A stretch of 64,000 nucleotides of DNA from a virus: positions 1-64,000 of the IMG/VR virus record IMGVR_UViG_3300005563_000029; one strand, written 5' to 3'. The notes beneath the pieces were generated by a model that saw only the letters and a program-made list of their open reading frames with translations, had not been told where the DNA came from and did not search any database. Made by a program: the position numbers and the translations under genes. Numbering within the stretch: the first letter of the stretch is position 1; each line of letters begins with the position of its first letter. Below, piece after piece: positions 9,135-18,818 of this stretch.

Positions 9135-9602
9135 TCAGGACGTGGACTCGTAGGTGATTGTGGTCTGGAACTGCGTGTTGGCGCCAGTGAACGTCACGGG
9201 CGTCGTCGCGCCCAAGAAGTTGGCGTTCGCGGCGAGCACGCCGTTCACGACTGTTGGGGTCGACTGCAGAACGACCGCGTTGGCGGTGTAGAAGATGCCG
9301 CCGTTGTTCTGCGCGCTGATCACGCCGGAGTGGGCGAACGCCCCGGCAGAGACGCCTGTGACGGCGGCGGTGAACGGCAGCGAGAACGAGTAGAACCCGG
9401 TGCCGTAGGTCGAGGTCGATCCGGTCTGAATGAAGATCTTTGCGGTGACGATTCGGCCGACCTTGGAGTAATAGCCGATCCGGACCCCGTTACCGATCGC
9501 CGGGGCGGTCCCGGAGGAGGTCCAGGCCGGCGTGTACTGCGTCCACGCGCCCTGCCACTGCGTGGTCTGTGCGAGTAGCAGCAGTTCGATAGTTGACGCC
9601 AC
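9135..9602 (-). CDS. Minor tail/fiber protein
   Basis: WTQYTPAWT..IGNG..GYYSKVGRIV..YSFSLP tail-fiber-like module; GGAGGG RBS. Confidence 0.75.
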   Translation of the reverse strand: MASTIELLLLAQTTQWQGAWTQYTPAWTSSGTAPAIGNGVRIGYYSKVGRIVTAKIFIQTGSTSTYGTGFYSFSLPFTAAVTGVSAGAFAHSGVISAQNNGGIFYTANAVVLQSTPTVVNGVLAANANFLGATTPVTFTGANTQFQTTITYESTS

Positions 9603-9649
9603 GAACCACCCTCCGAAACGGTGAAGAAGCGGTGCGGCGGCCAGGAGGC

Positions 9650-11959
9650 TCAGGCGAGTGGGGTGACACCCAGCGGTGCGCTTATAGCGGCAGGCCACGA
9701 GCCGGTGTAGTTGATTTGGGAGACCTCGGCCAGCATCGGCCCGGACACGTCCTGGATGGTCGCGTACAGGTACAGAACCGCGGTCGCCGGCGGGGTACCG
9801 GATTCGACGACGATGATGCTGGCGAAGGCAGCGCTGGCCGGGATACCGCCGGTGCTGGTGGTGACCAACTGTGTCCATGTCGTGGCCGGCACCGAGGTGA
9901 CGGTGCCGGTGACTCTGCTCAGGAACGCCCCGGACGAGTCGTGCCAGTTGATGTTGACGGCGCAACTGGCGTATCCGGTCGGCGAGTACAGCCACGCCGA
10001 GGCCGTGTAGTCGTGGCTCTGCAAGACCGCGACCTGGTCGGACTCGATGAAGGACAACGCATCAGTCCCCGACGGGGTGAGCAGCCCCGCGGCTGGCAGA
10101 TTCCCGCGGGTGTGCGCCGTGGACTGCGTGAGGGTGCCGCCGGTCACGGTCCACGGCGTGGTGCCGTTTGTGAACGTCGAGTTGATGTTCAGTACCGGGC
10201 CCGGTTGCGCGGTCGCCTCCAGGACGCCGAGTAGTGTGCCGTCCGGCGTGGTGGTGTTGACCATCATGGTGTGGCTGGCGCCAGAATCCGACAGCAGATG
10301 TATGGGCTGCCCGGACGCGACCTGGTTGTAGATCGTGATCGGTACGGCGTTACCAGACGTGTCCGGAGTCCACGACGATCCGCCGCTGCTGGCGCGGGAC
10401 TGTACCGTAGGGTTCCCAGGGAATGCCTGGAACTGCGACGGCATCCTCAGGTAGTCGTTCAGGTCGCCGCCCGCTTGCCGCATCAGGATGTGGTAAGTGG
10501 CGCCGTTTGTGAGCCCCGATGCGGGCAGTGGCACCGAGATCTGCGGAACTTGGTACTGCGGGGCGGTGGCGTAGGACGTGGAGTACAGGCTGAAAACCTG
10601 CCACTGGCCTGGACCGATGAGGAACTCGGCGTTGCCGCCGGGCCCGGCGAGAGTAATCAGCGACCAGACGCCTGGGCCGTTCGGCCCGAACGACAGGTTC
10701 TGGATCTCCGTGCCGAGACTGACACCGTTGTAGCCGCCGATGACGGTCAATCCCTCGGCGTTCCAAACCAGGTAGCCGCTGTTCTGGTTGCCCACCCCAT
10801 ACGGCATCGGCGGCCCCGACTGCCACGGATTGAGGGACCCGTCAGCATTGATGACTGCGTAGTAGAGGGCTGTTGACGCCGACGTGATCGAAACGGTTGG
10901 GTAGCCGCCGACAACCACCAAGTAGTTCCCGATGATCGTGACGAATGCGCCCTTCAGCGCGACCGGCAGCGGCGGCCCGGTGTTCCACGACGAAATCTGC
11001 CCGTTGGAGATCGTCGACCAGTACACGGTGGACAGTACGGAGGGTGTGCCGTTTTGGCCACCAACCACATAGACAGCGGTGTCCGTGGCGGCGCCGAAGG
11101 CACCCGCAACGGCCTGCGGTAACGCCGTCTGCTGCGACCACGCCGACACCTGCCCGGTTGTCGGATTCCATCCGGCCGAATACACCGACGAAACCAGGCC
11201 CGAAAACGTGGTGGTCGCGCCACCTGCGGTAATGAGTGTCGTCGAGTTCGCCATCAGCGCCGTCAACGCCAACGGCTCAGGCAGCGACGGCTGGGACACG
11301 GCAGCCCCCAGGATCGATCCGCCGTCCCACGGCGCCGTATACACATTCGCCGCGCCGCCGGTGCCGATACTGCCGCCGACCATAACCATGTAGTTACCGG
11401 AGGCGATCGCGACCGGGTTGACGATGGCGCCTGATGAGGTCGGGGCCGGGGGTGTCCAGTTGTAGCTGATGCCTTCGCCGAACATCAGCGCATTGAACTG
11501 TGGGGTCGCTAGCGGCGCAGACGCGGGCGTGGACAGCTGCAAGGCGCTTGACGGGCCCGCCACGCCAGCAACCGCCGCCAACTGCGTGATCCATGCGGCC
11601 GGGATCCGGGTGGTGGCGATTGGGGCGCCTGGGCTGCCTGCCGAGTCCAGGCACAGTGACACAATCAGATCCGCGCCAGCCCCGACCGGCAGCGCTGGAA
11701 CCGAGACCCTCCCGATAGCGGTGCTGGACATGGTGAACGGCTGGTCGTAGTCGGTGCCATCGAGGTGGTAGCGCCAGAACGAGATCGGGGTGGTGTCACC
11801 GAGCCCCGGCCCGTTCGGGGTCAGGATCTGCGTGCCGGCGTAGATGGGCGTGACGCCGTGGCTGCCTAGGAACTGGTTGATCTGCGCTGAGGCGTCCACG
11901 GCGCTGATGTCGCCGAGGACACCGTTACGGGCGGCGCTGTAGTTGGGTACGCCAGCCAC
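9650..11959 (-). CDS. Minor tail protein with Kelch propeller and CBM-like domain
   Basis: Repeated YVVGG/VVVGG..W..GPPLP Kelch blades; NSTFTNGTTPW..YTASAWLY..VNINWHD..WTQL CBM4/9-like segment. Confidence 0.8.
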   Translation of the reverse strand: MAGVPNYSAARNGVLGDISAVDASAQINQFLGSHGVTPIYAGTQILTPNGPGLGDTTPISFWRYHLDGTDYDQPFTMSSTAIGRVSVPALPVGAGADLIVSLCLDSAGSPGAPIATTRIPAAWITQLAAVAGVAGPSSALQLSTPASAPLATPQFNALMFGEGISYNWTPPAPTSSGAIVNPVAIASGNYMVMVGGSIGTGGAANVYTAPWDGGSILGAAVSQPSLPEPLALTALMANSTTLITAGGATTTFSGLVSSVYSAGWNPTTGQVSAWSQQTALPQAVAGAFGAATDTAVYVVGGQNGTPSVLSTVYWSTISNGQISSWNTGPPLPVALKGAFVTIIGNYLVVVGGYPTVSITSASTALYYAVINADGSLNPWQSGPPMPYGVGNQNSGYLVWNAEGLTVIGGYNGVSLGTEIQNLSFGPNGPGVWSLITLAGPGGNAEFLIGPGQWQVFSLYSTSYATAPQYQVPQISVPLPASGLTNGATYHILMRQAGGDLNDYLRMPSQFQAFPGNPTVQSRASSGGSSWTPDTSGNAVPITIYNQVASGQPIHLLSDSGASHTMMVNTTTPDGTLLGVLEATAQPGPVLNINSTFTNGTTPWTVTGGTLTQSTAHTRGNLPAAGLLTPSGTDALSFIESDQVAVLQSHDYTASAWLYSPTGYASCAVNINWHDSSGAFLSRVTGTVTSVPATTWTQLVTTSTGGIPASAAFASIIVVESGTPPATAVLYLYATIQDVSGPMLAEVSQINYTGSWPAAISAPLGVTPLA

Positions 11960-12684
11960 TAGGCCACCCCTATCAGCTGCGTTCCCGAATACGACAAGGT
12001 GCGCGAGGATTGGATGTACCCGGAGGCCTGCGCGGCCGTGTACTCCTGCATCGACGTCAGCTGATTGCCCGTGTAGCCCATTGCCGTCCAGCGGGATCCA
12101 GCATCCTCGAAAGTGTGCGTGAGGCTACCGGTCGCGGTCTGATCAAACACCTGGTACAGCAGCCCGTAGGTTTGTGCCGACCATGCGGTGCCGTTGGTGG
12201 AGGTTGACGCGCCGGACGTCTGGTTGCTCTTGGACCAGGAGTAGAGGTTGCTGACGTTTCCGACGGCCGTGGTGACGATCCAGTATGTGGTGGAGGCGGT
12301 GATGGTCGCGGGCAGCGGAATCGATAGGGGCACAGGGCTTCCGGTGAGGAATTCCTTCGGGACAGCCACCGACACCAGCGCCGAGCCGGCCGGGGCACCC
12401 GCGGAGTTCGCGTACAGCCCCACCGTCATCTGCGCCGGGCTGCCGGTTACCGCCAGCGTTAGCACCACGCGCCCGACCGCGGTCTGACCGACGGCGCTGC
12501 TGAACGACTGCGCGATCCACAGGCTGTTGGAGTTGACGGAACCAGACCCGGCGGTGCTCTGTGCCGCCCTCTGCGTCGCCGCATACAAGTATGTGACTGC
12601 GTGGGCGCCGAGGAACTGGTTAACCTGGCCCGCCTGTGCACTCTGCCCGGCGGTAGCGCCGAGCCACGACGGGATCCCGGTCAC
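11959..12684 (-). CDS. Minor tail protein
   Basis: S/T/A/G-rich beta protein in the tail operon; paralogous to the downstream gene. Confidence 0.75.
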   Translation of the reverse strand: MTGIPSWLGATAGQSAQAGQVNQFLGAHAVTYLYAATQRAAQSTAGSGSVNSNSLWIAQSFSSAVGQTAVGRVVLTLAVTGSPAQMTVGLYANSAGAPAGSALVSVAVPKEFLTGSPVPLSIPLPATITASTTYWIVTTAVGNVSNLYSWSKSNQTSGASTSTNGTAWSAQTYGLLYQVFDQTATGSLTHTFEDAGSRWTAMGYTGNQLTSMQEYTAAQASGYIQSSRTLSYSGTQLIGVA

Positions 12685-12694
12685 GCGCTACTCC

Positions 12695-13231
12695 TCACGG
12701 CCCGAACGTCAACGACAGCTGACAGATGAGGCTGTCCGTAGTGGGGACCGTGACCGCAGGCGAAAACGCCCAGTGATCCATCATGAAACCACTGCCCGAC
12801 ACCGCAGTCGCGCCTGCGAACACGCCGGCCTCAGTAACGGTCCAGGTTGAGGCGGGCGGCGAGAAATAGAACAGCCACGTCGTCTGTGCCGCGACGAGAG
12901 AGGATGCAGGCGATGCGGCGTTGCCGCCGACGGGCTGCCGACCGAGTTCGGAAAAGAGGGCGGTATCACTTTTGGCGACCGCGCCTACCCCGGACCCGAC
13001 TGCCCCGTACAGCGGAGTCAGGTACGTCGGAGATGTCGCACCCAGGTTCGCGGCCTGGTCCTGCATGCCCGACCACATCAGCGCTGCGGCGATCTGCGTG
13101 AAGCCCTGCGTGCACACGATGTTCTCGCCGACGCGCTCATCCCGGACTTGTCCGTCCGCGCCCTTCACGGTCAGCGTGAACAGGCCGTGGATCTCGATGA
13201 ATGACGACCGCGGGTTGTGAATTACTGCCAC
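12695..13231 (-). CDS. Minor tail protein
   Basis: AVGSG..DTALFSELGR..TVTEAGVF motif resembling tail fiber/collar N-terminal domains. Confidence 0.75.
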   Translation of the reverse strand: MAVIHNPRSSFIEIHGLFTLTVKGADGQVRDERVGENIVCTQGFTQIAAALMWSGMQDQAANLGATSPTYLTPLYGAVGSGVGAVAKSDTALFSELGRQPVGGNAASPASSLVAAQTTWLFYFSPPASTWTVTEAGVFAGATAVSGSGFMMDHWAFSPAVTVPTTDSLICQLSLTFGP

Positions 13232-13443
13232 GTGACGGATCCCCAATAGCCTGCATCCCACCCGGCTGTCGGTGAGTGCGCTGCGGTTCCGAAGTCTGCT
13301 AGCGCCGTAACGGAGTCGTCGACTTCGGAGATCACGCCGAATAGCGTCGCATTGTCGCCCGTGGTGGCTCCGGAGTTGATCTGTGCCTGGTTCATCGTCT
13401 GCAGCACGTCGGTCAACGTGTAGGGCCGAATCACGCCCGGCAT
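13222..13443 (-). CDS. Small tail-region protein
   Basis: TAATG coupling with the upstream gene; GWDAGYWGSVTW C-terminus. Confidence 0.65.
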   Translation of the reverse strand: MPGVIRPYTLTDVLQTMNQAQINSGATTGDNATLFGVISEVDDSVTALADFGTAAHSPTAGWDAGYWGSVTWQ

Positions 13444-14846
13444 TAGAGACGCACCCCCGTGATGTTCATGGTGCGGTAGCCGCCGCGACCGAAGGTCACA
13501 GTGTTCGAGATGCACAGGAACGTTGCGCCCAGCAGCCCCCATATGAGCGTGTTCTGGGTGTCGGGGATCAGGTATGACGTCAGCGTGAAGGTCTGGCCGG
13601 CCCGTACCCAGCCGAAGAACTCCTCGGCGGTGTTGAAGGTGATCCGCTCCGCCGCGAACGCGTACTCGGTTTTCTCCCGCTGGGCCCGAGCCAGCGCCAT
13701 AGACGTCGTCGACAGCGACGAGTCGGAGATGTACTCCTCGAAGATCCCGTTGTTGGGGCCGGTGTATTCCAGTTGCGACTGCACATCGGAGGCCTGCGCG
13801 ATCACCGGGACCTGGTAGGAGTACCAGATCTGGATCACGTAGCCGTTAGCCGGAGCCGGATTGTTGACCAGGAACCATTGCCCCCAGGCGTTCTGTTCGA
13901 TCGCCCACTCGCCCGGTGCGCGTGTTGTGGTGCCACCGGCGAGGATCACAACCTGCGTGGAGACGCCGTTCACGTAGAGCTGCGGGCTGCCGGTGACGGT
14001 GTACCGCAGCGGCCACGCGGTTTGCACGCCGTTGCCGAGCCACTGATCGGTGGGGTCGCCATCCAGGTTGGGGCTGACGGTCTGCGACGCGCCCTGTACC
14101 AAGATCTTGTTGCGGATTGAGGTGCCGTCCCAGCCGTAGGAGAACTGGGTGTCGAGCGCGACGTGGCCCTCGGTTGCTGACCCGGAACCGGATGCAGTCG
14201 GTGCCGTGTTGAATGCGACACCGCTGGATATCGCGGTGGTGGCGTCGAAGAAGTGCAACTTCAGGTTTTGATCCACGTACCAGCCGTAAGGCGTAGAGAT
14301 CGACGCCAGCTGCGCCAGCGACCGCCACGCCGATGAAAGGGTCTGATACGGCAGGTTCACCTGTGTCAGCACCGGACCCGGCGCCACGTACCCGCCGGAA
14401 GCTGTCGTTGTGGCGCTAATGCCGCAGTTGGCCTGCGACGTCAGCTTCGCCACGGTTACGTCGATCGACAACCCGTTGAAGGTTCCGTGGACAATGACGT
14501 TGTCGGCGTAGAACGTGTAGTCCACGCACCTCAAAATCCACTCGTTGCGGTTGGGTCCAGTAACAACAAGCGTCGGTTCGGTGACGACCCCTGCGAACAG
14601 GGTTTGCCCGATGGTGTTGTCTACGAGCGAAATCTGCGACAGCGCCAGGATCCAGACGCTGGGCCGCGCCAAGCTCTGCCAGTCCTCGACTAGCGGGATG
14701 GTGGCGGTGTCGCCTTGCCGGCCAAAACTCTGCGTGATCGTCATCTGTGACGAGGAGCCTGCATATGCGAGGTACTGGGTGTAGTCGGTGGGGGTGCCGT
14801 TGGGTGCCGTGATGATCAGGCTTAGGTTGGGCAACGGCAGCGACAC
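13443..14846 (-). CDS. Tail tip/hub-like protein
   Basis: Immediately downstream of the tape measure; WYVDQNLKLHFF and IRNKILVQG hub-like motifs. Confidence 0.75.
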   Translation of the reverse strand: MSLPLPNLSLIITAPNGTPTDYTQYLAYAGSSSQMTITQSFGRQGDTATIPLVEDWQSLARPSVWILALSQISLVDNTIGQTLFAGVVTEPTLVVTGPNRNEWILRCVDYTFYADNVIVHGTFNGLSIDVTVAKLTSQANCGISATTTASGGYVAPGPVLTQVNLPYQTLSSAWRSLAQLASISTPYGWYVDQNLKLHFFDATTAISSGVAFNTAPTASGSGSATEGHVALDTQFSYGWDGTSIRNKILVQGASQTVSPNLDGDPTDQWLGNGVQTAWPLRYTVTGSPQLYVNGVSTQVVILAGGTTTRAPGEWAIEQNAWGQWFLVNNPAPANGYVIQIWYSYQVPVIAQASDVQSQLEYTGPNNGIFEEYISDSSLSTTSMALARAQREKTEYAFAAERITFNTAEEFFGWVRAGQTFTLTSYLIPDTQNTLIWGLLGATFLCISNTVTFGRGGYRTMNITGVRL

Positions 14847-14887
14847 GGCACCCCCCGAGGCTCAGCGGACGAGGTGTCGTGCAGCGG

Positions 14888-17800
14888 CTACATGGCCACG
14901 CGCAGTCCCCCGGTCGGGAGGATCCGGGCGACTGCCCCGCTGACTTTCTGCGCGAGCAACTCCATGTCGGCGTTGCCCATGATGTGCGCGCCGTTGAAGT
15001 CGTTGTAGACGTTGACTGTTGTGCCGGCGGCTCCGCCAGTCGCAGTTCCGGCGCCGGTTGCGGGGATGGCTGGCAGGGCTGGGGCTGCGGAGGCCTGGAT
15101 GGTGGTGGTCAGGCCTTGCAGCTTGGCTTTGACGGCCGGGATTTCTTGGTCGAGGCCTGCGACGAGTCCCTGGATGATCAAGCGGCCGTTGCCGGTGAGG
15201 AGGATCTTGTCCTTCTCGGGCGGGCCCTTCCAGGAGGTGATGTCGCCGACCAGCCCGGTCAGGCTGTCCTTGACGGAGCCGAACATGGATTCGATGCCGC
15301 CTATCAGGCCCTTGATAAGGCTGACGCCGGCGTTCCACAGCGTGGAGCTGAGGTCGCCCAGGGCGGAAGTGATCTTGCCTGGAAGGTCCTTGAACCACTG
15401 CAGGATCGCCGCGCCCTCCTGGACCTCCGAGTTGTAGACGCCGCGTATCCAGCGACCGAAGTCGCCTGCGAGCCCGGAGAAATACGAGGTGATGGCGGAC
15501 GCGACTCGGCCGGGTAGCCCTGCGAACCACGAGACGGCGGAGGCGACTCCGTGCCCCACAGCGGATGCCACAGACGCCAACCAAGACGCGAATTTCCCCG
15601 GTAGCGACCCGAACCAGCTCAGGATGGACTCGACCGCGTGAACGGCATCCGAGAAATACCGCTTTATGGTGTCCCAATGCTGATACACCTGGACGGCGAT
15701 GATCCCGATCGGGCCCGTAACGATCTGAACGATCAACGCCCAGTGATCCTTGACGAAGTTGATCGTGTCGGAGACGGCGCTCTTCAGCCAGTTCCACACG
15801 GCCTCGACGATGTTTCGGAAAGCCTGGAAATGCGTATAGGCGTAGATCACGCCGGCGGCCAACGCGGCGATCGCGCCAACCACCAGGATGATCGGGTTGG
15901 CGTCCATCACCGCGTTAAAGGCAATCTGTGCCGCCATCCAGGCTTTCGTCGCCAGCAGCACAGCCGTTTGAGCTGCCTTAACGATTAGATACTTCGCTGC
16001 CGTACCTACTGCTGCCAGCCCGCTGCGGAACATCGAGGTCGAATTGGCGTCGGTGGCAATAGTCGAAGCCTCCGTTGATGCAGTCGCGGTGTCCTCGGAC
16101 GCGGCCAGGCCGTCCTGCGACGCCGCCGCAGCATCAGCCGAAGCAGCATTAGCGTCCTGGGCGCCGGAGGCACCACCGAAAAGGTCGATGACCTTTGAAA
16201 CCGCCGTGCTGACAGCACCAACGGCGCTCGAGATCGCCTTGTAGGCCTTCACCGCCAAATTGATGGACCCGACCAGCAGCCCAAGCCCAGCGACCGCCCC
16301 CAGGATGATCATTGTCAGCTTCTGGTGCCCCTGGATCCACGACTCGATCGGAACGAGAATCGCAGTGATCTTCTTCAACAGCTCCGTGACCGCAGGCAAC
16401 AGGGCCGTGCCAATCCTGATTCCGGTCGCCTCAACCTGGTCTTTCGCCTGAAGCAGCTGTTGGTTGAAGTTCTTCTGAATCTCCGACCAGCCATCAACGC
16501 TCGAGCCGGCGCCCTTTGCCGCGTCCTGAACCTTGCCCACGTTCGCCTGGAACTTGCCCATGTTGTTGCCGCCCAGCATCAGGGCGGTGTTCAGGCCAGT
16601 CGCGCCGCCCATCATCTTCGACAGCGCCGCGTTATACGTCTGCGCCGCCGGGCTCCCGGACGCGAGGAGATCGTTGAACTGGTGCGTCTTGTTCGCGGTG
16701 GTCGCGAACTGCTGCATCAGGTGCGCCGACACCGGGTCAAGCCCTTGCAGGTCCACCTTCCACTGCTTGGCAGTGACCGATCCATCCAGGTACGACTTCG
16801 CGAGCTTCTGCAGACTCGCCGGCATCTGTGCGATCTGCGCGTTGGCGTTCTTCGCAGCCTCAGTCGAGTTCTGAAACGCCGTCTGCACCACCAAACCGGC
16901 AGGGCCCATATGCGCAGTGATCGCGCTCGTCAGCTCGTTAATCGTGCCGGTCAGGCCGACCTTGCCGAGATTCTTCGACACGTTGTTCGCGTTCAGGCCC
17001 ATGGCCTGCATTTCCTTGACCGCGACAGCGTTCGGGTTCTGCAGCGACCGGATGGTGTTCGCCAGGTTCTGCGACGCCTGCTGCGCCGACATGCCCTGGC
17101 CCGTCATCGTCGCCAGGGCGCCGCCGATCTGGTCGAACCCGAGCTTCGCCGTCGAAGCCAACGGCAGCACGGCCGACAACGAGGCCGCCAAAGCCTCCGT
17201 GGTGGTCTTGCCGTTCTGGACCACCGCGATCATCTGGTCCATGACCGCGTTCGCGGCCTGCTGCCCCTTAGCGTTGTTCTCGACCTTGATGCCGTAGTCG
17301 GTCAGGATCGTCGACAAGGCGTTGCTGACCGTGCCGAGGTCGGCGTTCTCCGCCTTCGCGCCCTGCGCCGCAGCCTGCAACGCCTGCAAACCGCCGTGCG
17401 CCACATCGAAACCGGCCGAGCCCAGCATGTACAGGCCGTTGGTCAGTTCCTTGGTGGCGGTGCCGGTACTACCGGACAGGTTCAGAATCCCCTGCCTGGC
17501 CTTCTCAAGCTCGGCTGCGGACTCGCCGCCCGACGTCGTCAAAACCGTCGTCGAATCCTGGAAGTTGGCTGCACCCTTAGCGAACAGGGCACCGGCCAGC
17601 ACAACCCCGAGGCCGACCTTGCCCATCGCCGCCGAAGCCGATCCGAGCTTCGCGCCCAGCGCCCCCGTCTTCTTCGTGGAGTCGTCGTTGGCCTTGGTCT
17701 GGGCCTCGGTGATTGCCTTCTGGTCGGCCTCTGCATCCCGCAGCGCCTTCGTGGCCTTCGCTGTCTCCTTCTGCGACGCTGCGAGCTTGTCCGCGGCGGC

Positions 17801-18148
17801 GACCTGCCGCTGCATCGCCTCCGTATCGCCGTCGGCCGCGGCCTTCGCCTGCTCCTGCGCCTCCAGCAGAGCCTTCTCAGAGTCCGCCTGCGCCTTGTTT
17901 GCCGCATCAAGCCGGATGGAGGCCGCCTCGGCCTTCGCTGTCGCCAAACTCAGCGCATCGGCGCCGGACGCGGTCTGCAGCAGCGACTCGTCGATCTTCG
18001 CGCCGGACACCTCGGCGGAGTCTGCGGCCCCCTTGAACGTCGCCGCCAACTCGTCCAGCTTCTTCTGGACGTTGTCGTAGATCTCGGAGGCTTTGTCCCG
18101 GGCCTCAAGAACAGCAAGAACCGTGAAAGCCTCAGCTCCCAGCCCCAC
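14888..18148 (-). CDS. Tape measure protein (TP901 family)
   Basis: 1086 aa, Ala-rich helical; NGKTT..LAASLSAVLP core; MDANPI motif; Trp-spaced repeats. Confidence 0.95.
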   Translation of the reverse strand: MGLGAEAFTVLAVLEARDKASEIYDNVQKKLDELAATFKGAADSAEVSGAKIDESLLQTASGADALSLATAKAEAASIRLDAANKAQADSEKALLEAQEQAKAAADGDTEAMQRQVAAADKLAASQKETAKATKALRDAEADQKAITEAQTKANDDSTKKTGALGAKLGSASAAMGKVGLGVVLAGALFAKGAANFQDSTTVLTTSGGESAAELEKARQGILNLSGSTGTATKELTNGLYMLGSAGFDVAHGGLQALQAAAQGAKAENADLGTVSNALSTILTDYGIKVENNAKGQQAANAVMDQMIAVVQNGKTTTEALAASLSAVLPLASTAKLGFDQIGGALATMTGQGMSAQQASQNLANTIRSLQNPNAVAVKEMQAMGLNANNVSKNLGKVGLTGTINELTSAITAHMGPAGLVVQTAFQNSTEAAKNANAQIAQMPASLQKLAKSYLDGSVTAKQWKVDLQGLDPVSAHLMQQFATTANKTHQFNDLLASGSPAAQTYNAALSKMMGGATGLNTALMLGGNNMGKFQANVGKVQDAAKGAGSSVDGWSEIQKNFNQQLLQAKDQVEATGIRIGTALLPAVTELLKKITAILVPIESWIQGHQKLTMIILGAVAGLGLLVGSINLAVKAYKAISSAVGAVSTAVSKVIDLFGGASGAQDANAASADAAAASQDGLAASEDTATASTEASTIATDANSTSMFRSGLAAVGTAAKYLIVKAAQTAVLLATKAWMAAQIAFNAVMDANPIILVVGAIAALAAGVIYAYTHFQAFRNIVEAVWNWLKSAVSDTINFVKDHWALIVQIVTGPIGIIAVQVYQHWDTIKRYFSDAVHAVESILSWFGSLPGKFASWLASVASAVGHGVASAVSWFAGLPGRVASAITSYFSGLAGDFGRWIRGVYNSEVQEGAAILQWFKDLPGKITSALGDLSSTLWNAGVSLIKGLIGGIESMFGSVKDSLTGLVGDITSWKGPPEKDKILLTGNGRLIIQGLVAGLDQEIPAVKAKLQGLTTTIQASAAPALPAIPATGAGTATGGAAGTTVNVYNDFNGAHIMGNADMELLAQKVSGAVARILPTGGLRVAM

Positions 18149-18365
18149 GAGCAGACCCCCTCGCGGCAGCCTGCTGTGCCTGCTCTTGACGGACGATCAA
18201 CTCGATGAAAAGGACATACTCATCAACCTCACGCCATGGGCGTGTCTCCAAGTCCTCCCGGCGCAGCCCCAGCCGCTGCCAGAATTGCTGCTCCATCGCG
18301 AACATCTGTAACGACGGCGGACCCACCGTCCCCGACCGGATCGCCGATGACGCCAGGCTCAGGAA
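18132..18365 (-). CDS. Tail assembly chaperone C-terminal extension (gpT-like; probably reached by +1 frameshift)
   Basis: The +1 frame is open from CGG TTT CCT to the stop overlapping the tape measure start. Confidence 0.6.
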   Translation of the reverse strand, partial: FLSLASSAIRSGTVGPPSLQMFAMEQQFWQRLGLRREDLETRPWREVDEYVLFIELIVRQEQAQQAAARGSARGAGS

Positions 18366-18741
18366 ACCGAACCTTGTCGGCCGCCTCCCGGGGGCCGTTC
18401 AGGTCGTCCACGACCTCCCACACCTGGTCAAACACAGGCCCAGGCAGGCGGGCGATGTTGTCCCGCTTCACATTCGACGGCGACAGTGCCCACACCTCGC
18501 CGTTGTCGTCGTCGAGGTTCCAGGCAACGATGGACGCCTCGACCATGGCGTTGTGGAACGCGGCAGTGTCCAGCGTGATCGTGCCGGCACCCGACATGTC
18601 CACACGCGGCGTCGACGCCAGCGCCTTCTCGGCACGCTGCTTGTCGATGATCGACAGGCACTTGCGGACCTCGATCCAGTAGCCGCCGCCGACGTCGATC
18701 TTCTCTGTGCCGGAGTACGCGGAAAGGAACCCCACGGGCAC
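18229..18741 (-). CDS. Tail assembly chaperone (gpG-like)
   Basis: Between tail tube and tape measure; IVAWNLDDDNG..NIARLP motif. Confidence 0.8.
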   Translation of the reverse strand: MPVGFLSAYSGTEKIDVGGGYWIEVRKCLSIIDKQRAEKALASTPRVDMSGAGTITLDTAAFHNAMVEASIVAWNLDDDNGEVWALSPSNVKRDNIARLPGPVFDQVWEVVDDLNGPREAADKVRFPEPGVIGDPVGDGGSAVVTDVRDGAAILAAAGAAPGGLGDTPMA

Positions 18742-18818
18742 CTCGTTTCAGGGAATGAAAAACGCCCCGCGGCGGACTGCCGGGAGCGAGAATGACGGAG
18801 AGGCCTACCGACGCGGAG

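Noticed and set aside
16325-18208. 627-aa plus-strand ORF
   Set aside because: Antisense shadow of the tape measure gene, with R/L/V/G-rich artefactual composition
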